The notes below the pieces were generated by a model. The model was not told where the DNA came from and ran no database searches. It saw nothing but the letters and a program-made list of their open reading frames with translations. This document shows positions 8,668 to 17,212 of a stretch of 25,695 nt of DNA, piece by piece (position 1 is the stretch's first letter; each line of letters begins with the position of its first letter). Made by a program: the position numbers and the translations under genes. The stretch lies in contig CAZTER010000001.1 in assembly GCA_964612045.1 (NCBI GenBank), positions 1 to 25,695 of the forward strand, given 5' to 3'. This stretch comes from an uncultured Bdellovibrionales bacterium. Its GTDB lineage: Bacteria > Bdellovibrionota_C > UBA2361.

Positions 8668-9285
8668 CTAGCTAGGCCTAGAGTTATTAATCTCGGCGCT
8701 TAACTCACCCAAGAAGCTCTTCATAGCAACAAAACCAGCCCCCGCTCCCATTCCTACAAGAGCTAACAATCCCAACTGCCCCATAGAAGCAACACCAAAG
8801 AACGACACTCCCAAAAATACTCCAGCGCCGATAACAGAGGCTCCGACGAAAGCACCTATAGTTTTAAGTTCAAACGAAGAAAGTTTTGCCAAAGTGATAT
8901 GATTTTCTGCCATCAACTCTAAAGAACCAAGCGCTCTTAGAAGTTTCTCTTTAGGAGTTCCTTCGAGGAGAAGAATATTACGAATCACCTTATCTAAACG
9001 ACGTGGAAGTCCTGTATAATCAGATCCTGACATAATATTAGAGATCTGCTCCGAATAACTCTCAGCTATATGTGCAATTGCTCTCTCAAAAAAGCCAGGC
9101 TGCTTACCACTACTAGATCCTCGATTACTAACTGGAGAGTTCGTATCAAATCTCTCTCCGCAAGGACCATCATCATTACGAAATGAAAATGATAAATCTC
9201 GAAGGGGTGATGTGTCTAAATTAAGTTTATCTTCTCTACTTTGATCTAATGGGGAGTCTTTATCTTTCTTCGACAAACTCAACAT
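8668..9285 (-). CDS. Hypothetical membrane protein (205 aa) with C-terminal two-helix hydrophobic hairpin
   Basis: Long ORF filling the gap between the groEL terminator and the TPP promoter. Polar N-terminus; ~45-aa Gly-rich hydrophobic stretch IGAFVGASVIGAGVFLGVSFFGVASMGQLGLLALVGMGAGAGFVAM. Exact start uncertain. Confidence 0.7.
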   Translation of the reverse strand: MLSLSKKDKDSPLDQSREDKLNLDTSPLRDLSFSFRNDDGPCGERFDTNSPVSNRGSSSGKQPGFFERAIAHIAESYSEQISNIMSGSDYTGLPRRLDKVIRNILLLEGTPKEKLLRALGSLELMAENHITLAKLSSFELKTIGAFVGASVIGAGVFLGVSFFGVASMGQLGLLALVGMGAGAGFVAMKSFLGELSAEINNSRPS

Positions 9286-9404
9286 CTCCGGATCGTAACA
9301 ACACCCTCAAGCTAAGCAAACTTTCCATACTCAACACCACAAACTTCAGAATGATCATTCTAATAGTTAGGCAACTCATAATTACACCAAGCCTAAATCA
9401 AGAT

Positions 9405-9433
9405 TTGACATTATCGACTACTGTTTATATGTT
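9405..9433 (+). promoter_or_regulatory. Sigma70-type promoter for the TPP riboswitch operon
   Basis: TTGACA (9405-9410), 17-bp spacer, TATGTT (9428-9433). The predicted start near 9440 coincides with the 5' end of the aptamer. Confidence 0.65.
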
Positions 9434-9439
9434 TCGGCC

Positions 9440-9530
9440 GAACCACAGGGGTGACCGCAAGGTCTGAGAGGCTTATTCTGAGCTAAACCCTTTGAACCTG
9501 ATCCGGACTATGCCGGCGGAGGGAGCGGGA
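9440..9530 (+). ncRNA. TPP (thiamine pyrophosphate) riboswitch
   Basis: AGGGGUG - GACC(GCAA)GGUC hairpin - CUGAGA - AAACCCUUUGAACCUGAUCCGGACUAUGCCGGCGGAGGGAG: canonical THI-box elements, upstream of thiamine uptake/activation genes. Confidence 0.95.
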
Positions 9531-9531
9531 T

Positions 9532-11727
9532 ATGAAAAATACTAGTACCTTAATCTTCAATCTAAAATTATCAATCTTCAGATCTTCTTTATTAAGAAGT
9601 GCGGGGTTTGCTGTAATAGCAACGATAATGTGCCTATTACATACTGACAAGATCGCGGCAGAAGAGCCCTCTTCGAAAGGCTCTACTGAAGAAAATATAT
9701 CAGCTCATTCAAAAGAGACGGACTCTCCATTCACCGAGATCCTAGTAAATGGAGCCAATATCGAATCTCCCCTAAAAGAAGTTCCAAGTAGCGCCTCTGT
9801 CATTACGGAGAAAGAGCTTGAATATACTGCGGTTGAACATCTCGACGATCTGATTGAATCAGTCCCTAACTTACTAATGGCTTCTGGAACTAATAGAGGA
9901 AGATTCTTTCAGATTCGTGGAATCGGAGAGCGCGAACAATTTGAAGGATCGCCCAACTCTTCAGTTGGATTAGCAATAGATGATGTAAATTTAAGTGGAG
10001 TTGGTGGAGTCGCTTCCCTTTTTGATATCGAACAGGTCGAAGTTCTCCGAGGCCCTCAAGGAATGAGATTTGGAGCTAATGCATTAGCTGGATTTATAAA
10101 TATTAGATCCAATGAGCCAACACTAGAATTCAGCAACAATGCCTTATTTAAAGTGGGCACATATGGATTGTGGGAAACAAATGCAGCTAGCAGCGGCCCA
10201 GTCACAGAGAATAAAGAATTACTTTTTAGAGTTTCTGCTGGATGGCACGAGAGCGATGGATTCATAAGAAATAAATACCTATCAAAGGATACAAATAGAC
10301 GTCAGGAACTATCACTAAGAGGGAAGTTAGTTTGGGAGCCCTCAAATCAGACGAAAGTCACCTTAAATACCTTACATTTCGACTACAACAACGGCTATGA
10401 CGCATTCTCAATATTCAATGGATATGAAACATACTCCGACGAACCTGGAGAGGATGATCAGATTACATCAGGCGCTTCTCTCGTTATCGAACAAGCTCTG
10501 AGCGAAGCAATAGACCTTAAGTTAGTTACTTCAACAGCGCGATCAAACATAGATTATAGATATGACGGAGACTGGGGAAATGATCAGTTTTGGGGAGAGT
10601 ACGCCCCTTATGATTACTTCGCTTCAACAGATCGCACTCGCAGAACCATCTCCCAAGAGATTCGAATAGCAAGCTCCTCTGATGGCTATATTCATGGAGA
10701 GACAGATCGTTGGTTTACTGGAGTATACGGAGAGAAGTTAAGTGAAGTTGGAACAACAGAGCAGCTTGCATCGAGTGAAATCTATGACACATTAGATAGC
10801 GATTTTAGCTTAGAAACTATCGCTGGTTTTGCTCAATATGAATTTGCTTTAGGTGATCGCTGGTCACTAAGTTCAGGTATTAGAGCTGAACAAGCAAACA
10901 CCTCCTACTTTGATAACAGAGGAAATTCAGGAGGACCTGACAACCTAATGTTCGGTGGCAACCTCACACTTGCTAAAGATCTAACAGAAGAGACTAGGTG
11001 GTATTCAACTATCTCTCGAGGATACAAAGGAGGCGGTGTAAACGTCAGTATCGGAGTTCCTGAAGATAAAGCTAAATACGAGGCTGAGTATCTCTGGAAT
11101 TTTGAAAGCGGCATAAAGAGCCGATCTGCCTCGGGATTAACAGAAGGCAGTATCTCAGCATTTTATTCATTAAGGCGAGATCAACAGATCCTTTATACAA
11201 CCCAACTAGATCCATCAGATCCCCTCTCCTATATCTATATTACAGACAACGCCGCTCAAGGATATAATACTGGCTTAGAAACGGACTTTGTTACAGAATT
11301 ATTCCCAACATTAACTGCGATTGCAGATCTAGGTCTTCTATACTCCGAGGTAACCGAAGCTCCAGTTGAATTAAGCTCACTAGAGGGGCGTCAACAAGCA
11401 CATGCGCCAAACTGGCAGTATCACCTTGGTTTAGTAAAAGATCTTGGATATGGATTCTTTTCTAGAGTAGACTTTAGTGGTCGAGATCGTTTCTATTTTG
11501 ATACTGCTCACGACGAAAGATCCGCTGTATTGCATCAATTAGATCTCAGTGTTGGATACGAGACTAACACTTGGCGGATAACCTTCTGGGGCAGAAATGT
11601 ATTTGATGATAACAACGAGATGCGTGGATTTTATTTTGGCAATGAACCACCAAACTTTGACAACAAACGGTACGTTCAACTTGGAGAACGTGCAAACTGT
11701 GGTGTGTCTATAGCGGTTAAGTTCTAA
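9532..11727 (+). CDS. TonB-dependent receptor, probable thiamine (or precursor) uptake
   Basis: Signal-like N-terminus, plug motifs (FQIRGIG, DIEQVEVLRGPQG..FG.NALAG.INI), C-terminal Phe. Substrate inferred from the riboswitch and thiN. Confidence 0.92.
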   Translation: MKNTSTLIFNLKLSIFRSSLLRSAGFAVIATIMCLLHTDKIAAEEPSSKGSTEENISAHSKETDSPFTEILVNGANIESPLKEVPSSASVITEKELEYTAVEHLDDLIESVPNLLMASGTNRGRFFQIRGIGEREQFEGSPNSSVGLAIDDVNLSGVGGVASLFDIEQVEVLRGPQGMRFGANALAGFINIRSNEPTLEFSNNALFKVGTYGLWETNAASSGPVTENKELLFRVSAGWHESDGFIRNKYLSKDTNRRQELSLRGKLVWEPSNQTKVTLNTLHFDYNNGYDAFSIFNGYETYSDEPGEDDQITSGASLVIEQALSEAIDLKLVTSTARSNIDYRYDGDWGNDQFWGEYAPYDYFASTDRTRRTISQEIRIASSSDGYIHGETDRWFTGVYGEKLSEVGTTEQLASSEIYDTLDSDFSLETIAGFAQYEFALGDRWSLSSGIRAEQANTSYFDNRGNSGGPDNLMFGGNLTLAKDLTEETRWYSTISRGYKGGGVNVSIGVPEDKAKYEAEYLWNFESGIKSRSASGLTEGSISAFYSLRRDQQILYTTQLDPSDPLSYIYITDNAAQGYNTGLETDFVTELFPTLTAIADLGLLYSEVTEAPVELSSLEGRQQAHAPNWQYHLGLVKDLGYGFFSRVDFSGRDRFYFDTAHDERSAVLHQLDLSVGYETNTWRITFWGRNVFDDNNEMRGFYFGNEPPNFDNKRYVQLGERANCGVSIAVKF

Positions 11728-11737
11728 TGGATACGGA

Positions 11738-12412
11738 ATGAGAGTCGTAATTGTTGCAAATGGCGCCCCTCTTCCAGAATCTCTTCTAAAGACACTTAGT
11801 GAGAATAGCTATGTTATCTGTGCTGATGGCGGAGCAAATCATGCCTTCAAAAGCGGAATAACTCCTAACGAAATAGTAGGAGACCTAGATTCGATTGCTG
11901 GTCATAACCTCATGCAGGCAGAGAAACTCGGTGTAAAGATTACTGGGTTTTCACGAGATAAAGATCTTACAGATTTTGAGATTGCACTGAATCATGCGAG
12001 AGACCTAAATCCAATTGAGATTGAGATCGCCTGCGCTTTAGGTCGAGAGTTAGATCACACACTAGGAAACCTTCTTGCTACAACCAGAGAAGAGTATAGA
12101 GATTTTTCTATCCGCTTTATCGAGGATAATTCAGACTACTCAATTCATGTTATTAGAGAGAGAACCATTTACCTATTCTCCACTCAACAAACTGAGAGAT
12201 TCTCTCTAATCCCAATTACAGGCAAAGAACTATTTGCAACGATTAATGGTGCTGTTTGGAATCTAAAAAACGACTCTATTCCACTTGGCTCAACACGCGG
12301 AATATCCAACCTATCTAATAGCGATGAACTCTCGATCTCTGTGATAGGAGGAACTGCTCTTTTAAGGATCAATCGGACAGCTTCACTAAAAGCAAAACGC
12401 CAGACTCTTTAA
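11738..12412 (+). CDS. thiN: Thiamine pyrophosphokinase
   Basis: ICADGGANH, VGDLDSI, KDLTDFEIAL, GRELDHTLGNL, W.L.N..I..GSTRGISN motifs; 10 bp after the receptor stop. Confidence 0.93.
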   Translation: MRVVIVANGAPLPESLLKTLSENSYVICADGGANHAFKSGITPNEIVGDLDSIAGHNLMQAEKLGVKITGFSRDKDLTDFEIALNHARDLNPIEIEIACALGRELDHTLGNLLATTREEYRDFSIRFIEDNSDYSIHVIRERTIYLFSTQQTERFSLIPITGKELFATINGAVWNLKNDSIPLGSTRGISNLSNSDELSISVIGGTALLRINRTASLKAKRQTL

Positions 12413-12575
12413 TATAAACCAAGCTATTTCAGCTAGATACGCTTTTTTGTCACTCCAAAAATATAAGTAAAATTATCGCTCTAATATCTGAGGCGTGAAT
12501 TATATAGATCGTTTCAACATACCGTTTGATTCCTCTTCTCCTCTGCGGTAAGCCAAGACTTTGCAAGAGGTAGTA

Positions 12576-12767
12576 ATGACAGACCAAAAGGACACTGAAG
12601 CAGAAAAATCCTTATCGGATAGTATCTCATCTCTCGACAAGCAATCTCTAATTGCTCTCTTTGACGAGGTTGAGAAGCTTATACTCCTAGAACCAACCAC
12701 ACCTAATCCTCTACGCAATGGATTTATAGAGACTCAGATCAGTTTCAATAACAAAAAGGCAATATGA
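12576..12767 (+). CDS. Small hypothetical protein (63 aa from ATG 12576)
   Basis: GAGGT SD 5-6 nt before ATG 12576; ATGA overlap with the next ORF. Could instead be the 5' part of a frameshifted gene. Confidence 0.5.
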   Translation: MTDQKDTEAEKSLSDSISSLDKQSLIALFDEVEKLILLEPTTPNPLRNGFIETQISFNNKKAI

Positions 12768-14323
12768 GACATAACCATCTTCGCAATAGCGATCTTCCAA
12801 TAACACCTACAGTGACACTTGCTGATCTTGCTAAACTAAGTGCGACCTTACCAAGATTGGATGAATTAAAAAAAATACATAAACATAGCTCTACACATGT
12901 AAATGTAGCTCTTATCGCGCTGGGCAAACTTGCTGTAGATTTAGACTTTCCGATCGAGAGAGAGATAAATGGAGATCTTTACACAGATATGGGGAAGGAG
13001 ATCGCATCTCTCGGAAATAGATGCCTCGCGCCATCTGCAAGTATAGATGAAGTTATTAATCTAGCGACGAAAGCAAAGAGAGTCAGAGATTGTCTGCTAG
13101 ATCTAAAAGCTGGAATAGCCGAGATCGGTGGTCGCTTATTTTTAAGCGAGGGATTTAATCATAGATCTGAAGGTACGATTCAAGATGGATCTGCACTTTT
13201 TCATATAAACTTAGCTACCGGACAAAGAACTGCACTCGCAGTTCCTGGTGAAAGCGCATTTGCTCCAACAAATGGATTTGTTCCATTCAAAAAAGAGAAT
13301 GGAGATCTCGGCATTTTAGATATAGAGAACCATAAGGAATTGCCCCTACCTGAAGGGGTAAAATCTATAGAACTCTTTACTTCAGAACGAGGAGACGTAT
13401 TCGCTAAACTATCTGAATATGATCCTACCAGTGAGAGACGTGGAGAATTTCATGAGCAGTTTATCTGTTTAACCAACAATGTCGGTTGGACTGTAAAATT
13501 ACAAGGCGCCGGATATACAAATCCAGTACCTGTTGCTTCTTCACATAACAGAGATAGTGAAGTTTCACTCTCATATTGGAAACGACAAGGAAGAGATTCT
13601 GTATTACGTCCCTTCAATCTTCAAAATCTAATTGAACATAAAGTGCATGATTCAATCGCAAAGTATTCAATCCATCCTCCCCTAAAATTTAGATCAGACC
13701 TTGGAGATCGCAATCTTGCCGTAGGTGTATTTTGTAAAGAAACAGCGGTTTTTGATATCGAAAATGGCCGAGAAATTAAACCTCCTACCGGCAAAAATTA
13801 TTCTGAAGTTTTAGGGATTGATCTTATTCAAGGAGCTAAAAATTCTGTCTTTGCTAAGGTATCCCTAAGAACTGGTGGGTATGAGATCTGGCGATTAGAT
13901 AATAAGTGTCGGTTCAGATCCATGAAGATGAATTTCAGTGAAATTCATCAGACAACTCCTGACTCAAATGGAGAGATATTTATTGTTGGAATGAAACGTG
14001 GCGAAGGATGCAAGATACATCACTCTTCTTTATCAAATACGGTAGATGCCCCAGATTTTAACAAATCATCTGGCTTGATTCCGACATTCTCTGGCTCTTG
14101 TATTGTCGGGATTAACGAAGGCAATGATAGTTATAGGATCAATAAAGTCGATCTCAATAACGGGACTTTCTGCGAAATCCAAACTCCACCTGGAATATCA
14201 ATCTCTGCTCCGCCATTCACCTTTACTAACCAGCTAGACCAGCATGGGCTACCCGAAGTCTTATTACTAGGCAGAAGAAATGGCGGAGATGTAATTATTG
14301 ATATATCAGATCAATGCTCTTAG
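12764..14323 (+). CDS. Hypothetical protein (519 aa), helical N-terminus plus probable beta-propeller-like repeats
   Basis: Long ORF. Internal repeat DIEN..E...P.G...VFAK.S occurs twice; related NLATG and DLNNG turns. Confidence 0.75.
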   Translation: MRHNHLRNSDLPITPTVTLADLAKLSATLPRLDELKKIHKHSSTHVNVALIALGKLAVDLDFPIEREINGDLYTDMGKEIASLGNRCLAPSASIDEVINLATKAKRVRDCLLDLKAGIAEIGGRLFLSEGFNHRSEGTIQDGSALFHINLATGQRTALAVPGESAFAPTNGFVPFKKENGDLGILDIENHKELPLPEGVKSIELFTSERGDVFAKLSEYDPTSERRGEFHEQFICLTNNVGWTVKLQGAGYTNPVPVASSHNRDSEVSLSYWKRQGRDSVLRPFNLQNLIEHKVHDSIAKYSIHPPLKFRSDLGDRNLAVGVFCKETAVFDIENGREIKPPTGKNYSEVLGIDLIQGAKNSVFAKVSLRTGGYEIWRLDNKCRFRSMKMNFSEIHQTTPDSNGEIFIVGMKRGEGCKIHHSSLSNTVDAPDFNKSSGLIPTFSGSCIVGINEGNDSYRINKVDLNNGTFCEIQTPPGISISAPPFTFTNQLDQHGLPEVLLLGRRNGGDVIIDISDQCS

Positions 14324-14428
14324 GCCATAAATGTGCCAAAAGCGCTCTTGAGCCGTTTCGAGTAGTCGTGGATCCTAATTTATAGAGTGTGGTATACACG
14401 AGCTAAACTGTTTATATAAAATAATCAT

Positions 14429-14824
14429 ATGATAATAGATCATATAGGTGTGGCTGTAGATAACCTAGAAGCCTCTATAAAATTTTATACTGAAAATTTT
14501 GCTGCTTCGATAGAACATCGTGAGGAGTTACCAGATCGAAATTTAATTCTTCTCTTCCTCTCCTTTGGTAATACAAGACTTGAACTTTTATACCCAACTG
14601 GAGAAGGCACAATTCGTAAATTTCTAAATAACAATGGAGCAGGATTACACCATATCTGCTACAAGGTAGATGATATAGAGGCTGAACTAGTAAAATTTTC
14701 TAAATTAGGAGCTACACTACTTGATCAAAAACCCCGCACAGGAGCATTTGGATCCAAGATCGCCTTTATTCATCCTACATCCTGCGGTGGCGTATTAACT
14801 GAACTTTGTGAATATCCTAAATGA
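14429..14824 (+). CDS. mce: Methylmalonyl-CoA epimerase (VOC family)
   Basis: IDHIGVAVDNLE, LELL.P, GLHHICYKVDDIE, IAFIHP..GGVLTELCE metal-ligand pattern. Confidence 0.88.
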   Translation: MIIDHIGVAVDNLEASIKFYTENFAASIEHREELPDRNLILLFLSFGNTRLELLYPTGEGTIRKFLNNNGAGLHHICYKVDDIEAELVKFSKLGATLLDQKPRTGAFGSKIAFIHPTSCGGVLTELCEYPK

Positions 14825-15798
14825 TATTGGAGCCATCGGAAGATAATATTAAGCAAGCTGCAGACACTCTTCAGAACGGAGGTCTCGTCGCTTTTCCTAC
14901 AGAAACTGTTTATGGATTAGGTGCTAATGCACTGGATAGTGCTGCATGTAAAAAGATCTATGAGCTTAAAGGAAGACCAGCTAGAAATCCGCTAGTTTCT
15001 CATGTTAGTACGCTAGAACAGATCATGGGGTTAGTAGCGATCAATTCTGAGAGAGAAAATAGTAGACTACATAAACTTGCTCAGTTATGGCCAGGCCCAC
15101 TAACCGTAGTTCTCTCATCAAATGGGAAGATCTCATCTGTAGCAACAGCAGGAGGATCCTCTATTGCAGTCAGAATTCCACAACATCCGATCGCTCTTAA
15201 GTTGATATCAACAGCAGGCATACCGATCGCTGCACCTAGCGCAAATAGATCTAACTATATCAGCCCAACAACTGCTAAACATGTTTCAGATGAATTTGGA
15301 GATCTAGCACCGACGATTCTCGATGGCGGACCAGCAAGAGTGGGAATTGAATCAACTATAATATCCATAATTGGAGAGCACCCCACCCTTCTACGACCTG
15401 GATATATAACATTAGAAGATTTGAGAGAGATTTTAGGAGAAGAGGTTTACCAACTTAAAGATATTAATGAGGTGACACCACTCCCTTCTCCTGGCTTACT
15501 AGAAAAGCATTACTCTCCAGCCACAAAGACTATCCGACTCTCTCAACTTAACAGCGACAATTTGCCAACGAACTCCATCCTAGTAAGCCTTGGATCAAAC
15601 CGTGCAAATCAGATCTCACCGAGAGAACAAGTTATAGAGATTGCCCCTAACGGAGACCTTGCTATTGCAGCAACAGCTCTTTATTCAACACTGAGAGATC
15701 TAGATCAGAGAAAACTCTCTCTAATTATCATAGATGAATGTGATCAGGATGGAATTGGCGCAGCTTTAATGGATCGCATCTCACGAGCAACAGCTTAA
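14821..15798 (+). CDS. sua5: L-threonylcarbamoyladenylate synthase, Sua5 type (YrdC domain + SUA5 domain)
   Basis: VAFPTETVYGLGA, KGRP..NPL, WPGPLT, IAAPSAN, GIESTI, SPG.LEKHYSP linker motif, C-terminal SUA5 domain. Confidence 0.95.
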   Translation: MILEPSEDNIKQAADTLQNGGLVAFPTETVYGLGANALDSAACKKIYELKGRPARNPLVSHVSTLEQIMGLVAINSERENSRLHKLAQLWPGPLTVVLSSNGKISSVATAGGSSIAVRIPQHPIALKLISTAGIPIAAPSANRSNYISPTTAKHVSDEFGDLAPTILDGGPARVGIESTIISIIGEHPTLLRPGYITLEDLREILGEEVYQLKDINEVTPLPSPGLLEKHYSPATKTIRLSQLNSDNLPTNSILVSLGSNRANQISPREQVIEIAPNGDLAIAATALYSTLRDLDQRKLSLIIIDECDQDGIGAALMDRISRATA

Positions 15799-15813
15799 GA
15801 GATAACTTATACC

Positions 15814-16425
15814 CTACTTACCTTTTAATACCCGCCAATTTTCGACTAAAGCACCACTTCTACACAGTTCAACTAACCTGTCCCAAGGGAAGAACAACTC
15901 TCCTTGATCCAACGCGCCAAGCTGCATAAATAATTGTCGTATACCGCGATTCTCTGTTGGGAGGATCGCATATTCTGCGCGAGGAACTACAAAATCTTTT
16001 AATCCTCTTGATATCTCAGCTACCTCGGCACCCTTTTTCCCAGTCATCACAGAATCAAATGCCAATATGGCTTCCTGCCAATCTGTCATCCTCTTTAATT
16101 TCTGATCAAAAGTTAAAGTTTCTGGACCTCTAGAATAAAACATGTGCAAACGAAAACTTCGAGGAGACAATGTTAAATCATGGCAGTCACATAAAAAATC
16201 GGGTGTTATCCCCATAGTAATTGCACGCGGAGGAGAGAGCTTACTTACCGCCATCGATCGAGAAACTCCGCCTATTACGACGGATTGCTTGCTCTCAAAG
16301 TCTTCAATCGCATTGCCTCTAGTAGGCTGCTCAGATAAATTTGGCGATCGATATGAGAAGCTAGTCCAATCAATTCCAGTGCTGGCTGTAGGTGGAATAC
16401 TAGACGCAATACTTCCTAGAGCCAT
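15814..16425 (-). CDS. Hypothetical protein (203 aa)
   Basis: AAGGAG SD 5 nt before ATG; Ser/Pro/Thr-rich N-terminus; no recognisable family. Confidence 0.75.
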   Translation of the reverse strand: MALGSIASSIPPTASTGIDWTSFSYRSPNLSEQPTRGNAIEDFESKQSVVIGGVSRSMAVSKLSPPRAITMGITPDFLCDCHDLTLSPRSFRLHMFYSRGPETLTFDQKLKRMTDWQEAILAFDSVMTGKKGAEVAEISRGLKDFVVPRAEYAILPTENRGIRQLFMQLGALDQGELFFPWDRLVELCRSGALVENWRVLKGK

Positions 16426-16507
16426 AAAAACTCCTTTAAAATATAGATTGAGTAATTATCCAGCGTACTAGGATCTTACTCAAATAAGATAATAACGGTT
16501 GTAGAAT

Positions 16508-17050
16508 TTACCCTATCTTAGCTCTGATCGAAGTTGGAACAAAGAAACGTTTATCATTATCAACAACGATCACATTATCTCCCCAAGCATGAGGCACTAT
16601 CTCATCGTTATATGGGAAACGACCCTCTTCGTTTGGATCGTAAGTTACACTAGTAATATAAAATAGGTGTGCGAAATCACTCATCACTTTCAATCCATGT
16701 AACACTCCAGGCGGGATTCTAACACAGACCTCTTTAGTCCCATCACCATAAGAAGAATCACCCATCTTAAAGACCATCTTTTGTTTATATGTTGGACTCT
16801 CTTCTCGATTATCAAAGAGAACTGTCTCTACCTGACCAATCGGCACATACCACCAATCTGTCTGAATATGGTGATAATGCCATGCTTTAACCACATCCTT
16901 CTGCATCTTACTGTGGCTCCACTGGCCAAATACTCCGTCAGCAAATAAAGGATCTGTGACTCTAACGATCTCTCTAAAAAATCCTCGCTGATCGCCATGG
17001 CTTTTTAGCTCTTTAACAACGACACCTTCAATTAATCCATCCACAGCCAT
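16508..17050 (-). CDS. dTDP-4-dehydrorhamnose 3,5-epimerase (RmlC-like cupin) family protein
   Basis: HGDQRGFFRE, KAWHYH, DNREESPTY, IPPGVLHG, YDP.EEGR; GGAG SD. Lacks the usual RGLH..Q.K form, so the exact substrate is uncertain. Confidence 0.85.
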   Translation of the reverse strand: MAVDGLIEGVVVKELKSHGDQRGFFREIVRVTDPLFADGVFGQWSHSKMQKDVVKAWHYHHIQTDWWYVPIGQVETVLFDNREESPTYKQKMVFKMGDSSYGDGTKEVCVRIPPGVLHGLKVMSDFAHLFYITSVTYDPNEEGRFPYNDEIVPHAWGDNVIVVDNDKRFFVPTSIRAKIG

Positions 17051-17158
17051 AGTGGCTCCTCTAAACTACATAAATAAATCCGACAAGCTCGTATAAGTTA
17101 CTAATTTTACGGGGCAATTTGCAATAGGATCGAAACAAAAGTCTAGCCCATCAAAGCT

Positions 17159-17193
17159 TAAGCCAGCTTAGGTATATGACGATATATACCTAA
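17159..17193 (+). promoter_or_regulatory. 10-bp perfect inverted repeat overlapping a sigma28-like promoter pattern
   Basis: ttaggtatat-gacgat-atatacctaa (17168-17193). TAAG-N15-GACGATAT versus TAAA-N15-GCCGATAA. The repeat is certain; the promoter role is speculative. Confidence 0.4.
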
Positions 17194-17212
17194 AGATTTC
17201 GGGGATTAAACT

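Noticed and set aside
9249-9467. 72-aa + strand ORF upstream of the receptor
   Set aside because: Runs across the predicted promoter and into the riboswitch; no SD.
16448-16483. ttgagtaa-N20-ttactcaa inverted repeat between the RmlC-like gene and the 203-aa ORF
   Set aside because: AT-rich 8-bp arms, long spacer, no U-tract; cannot be assigned as terminator or operator.
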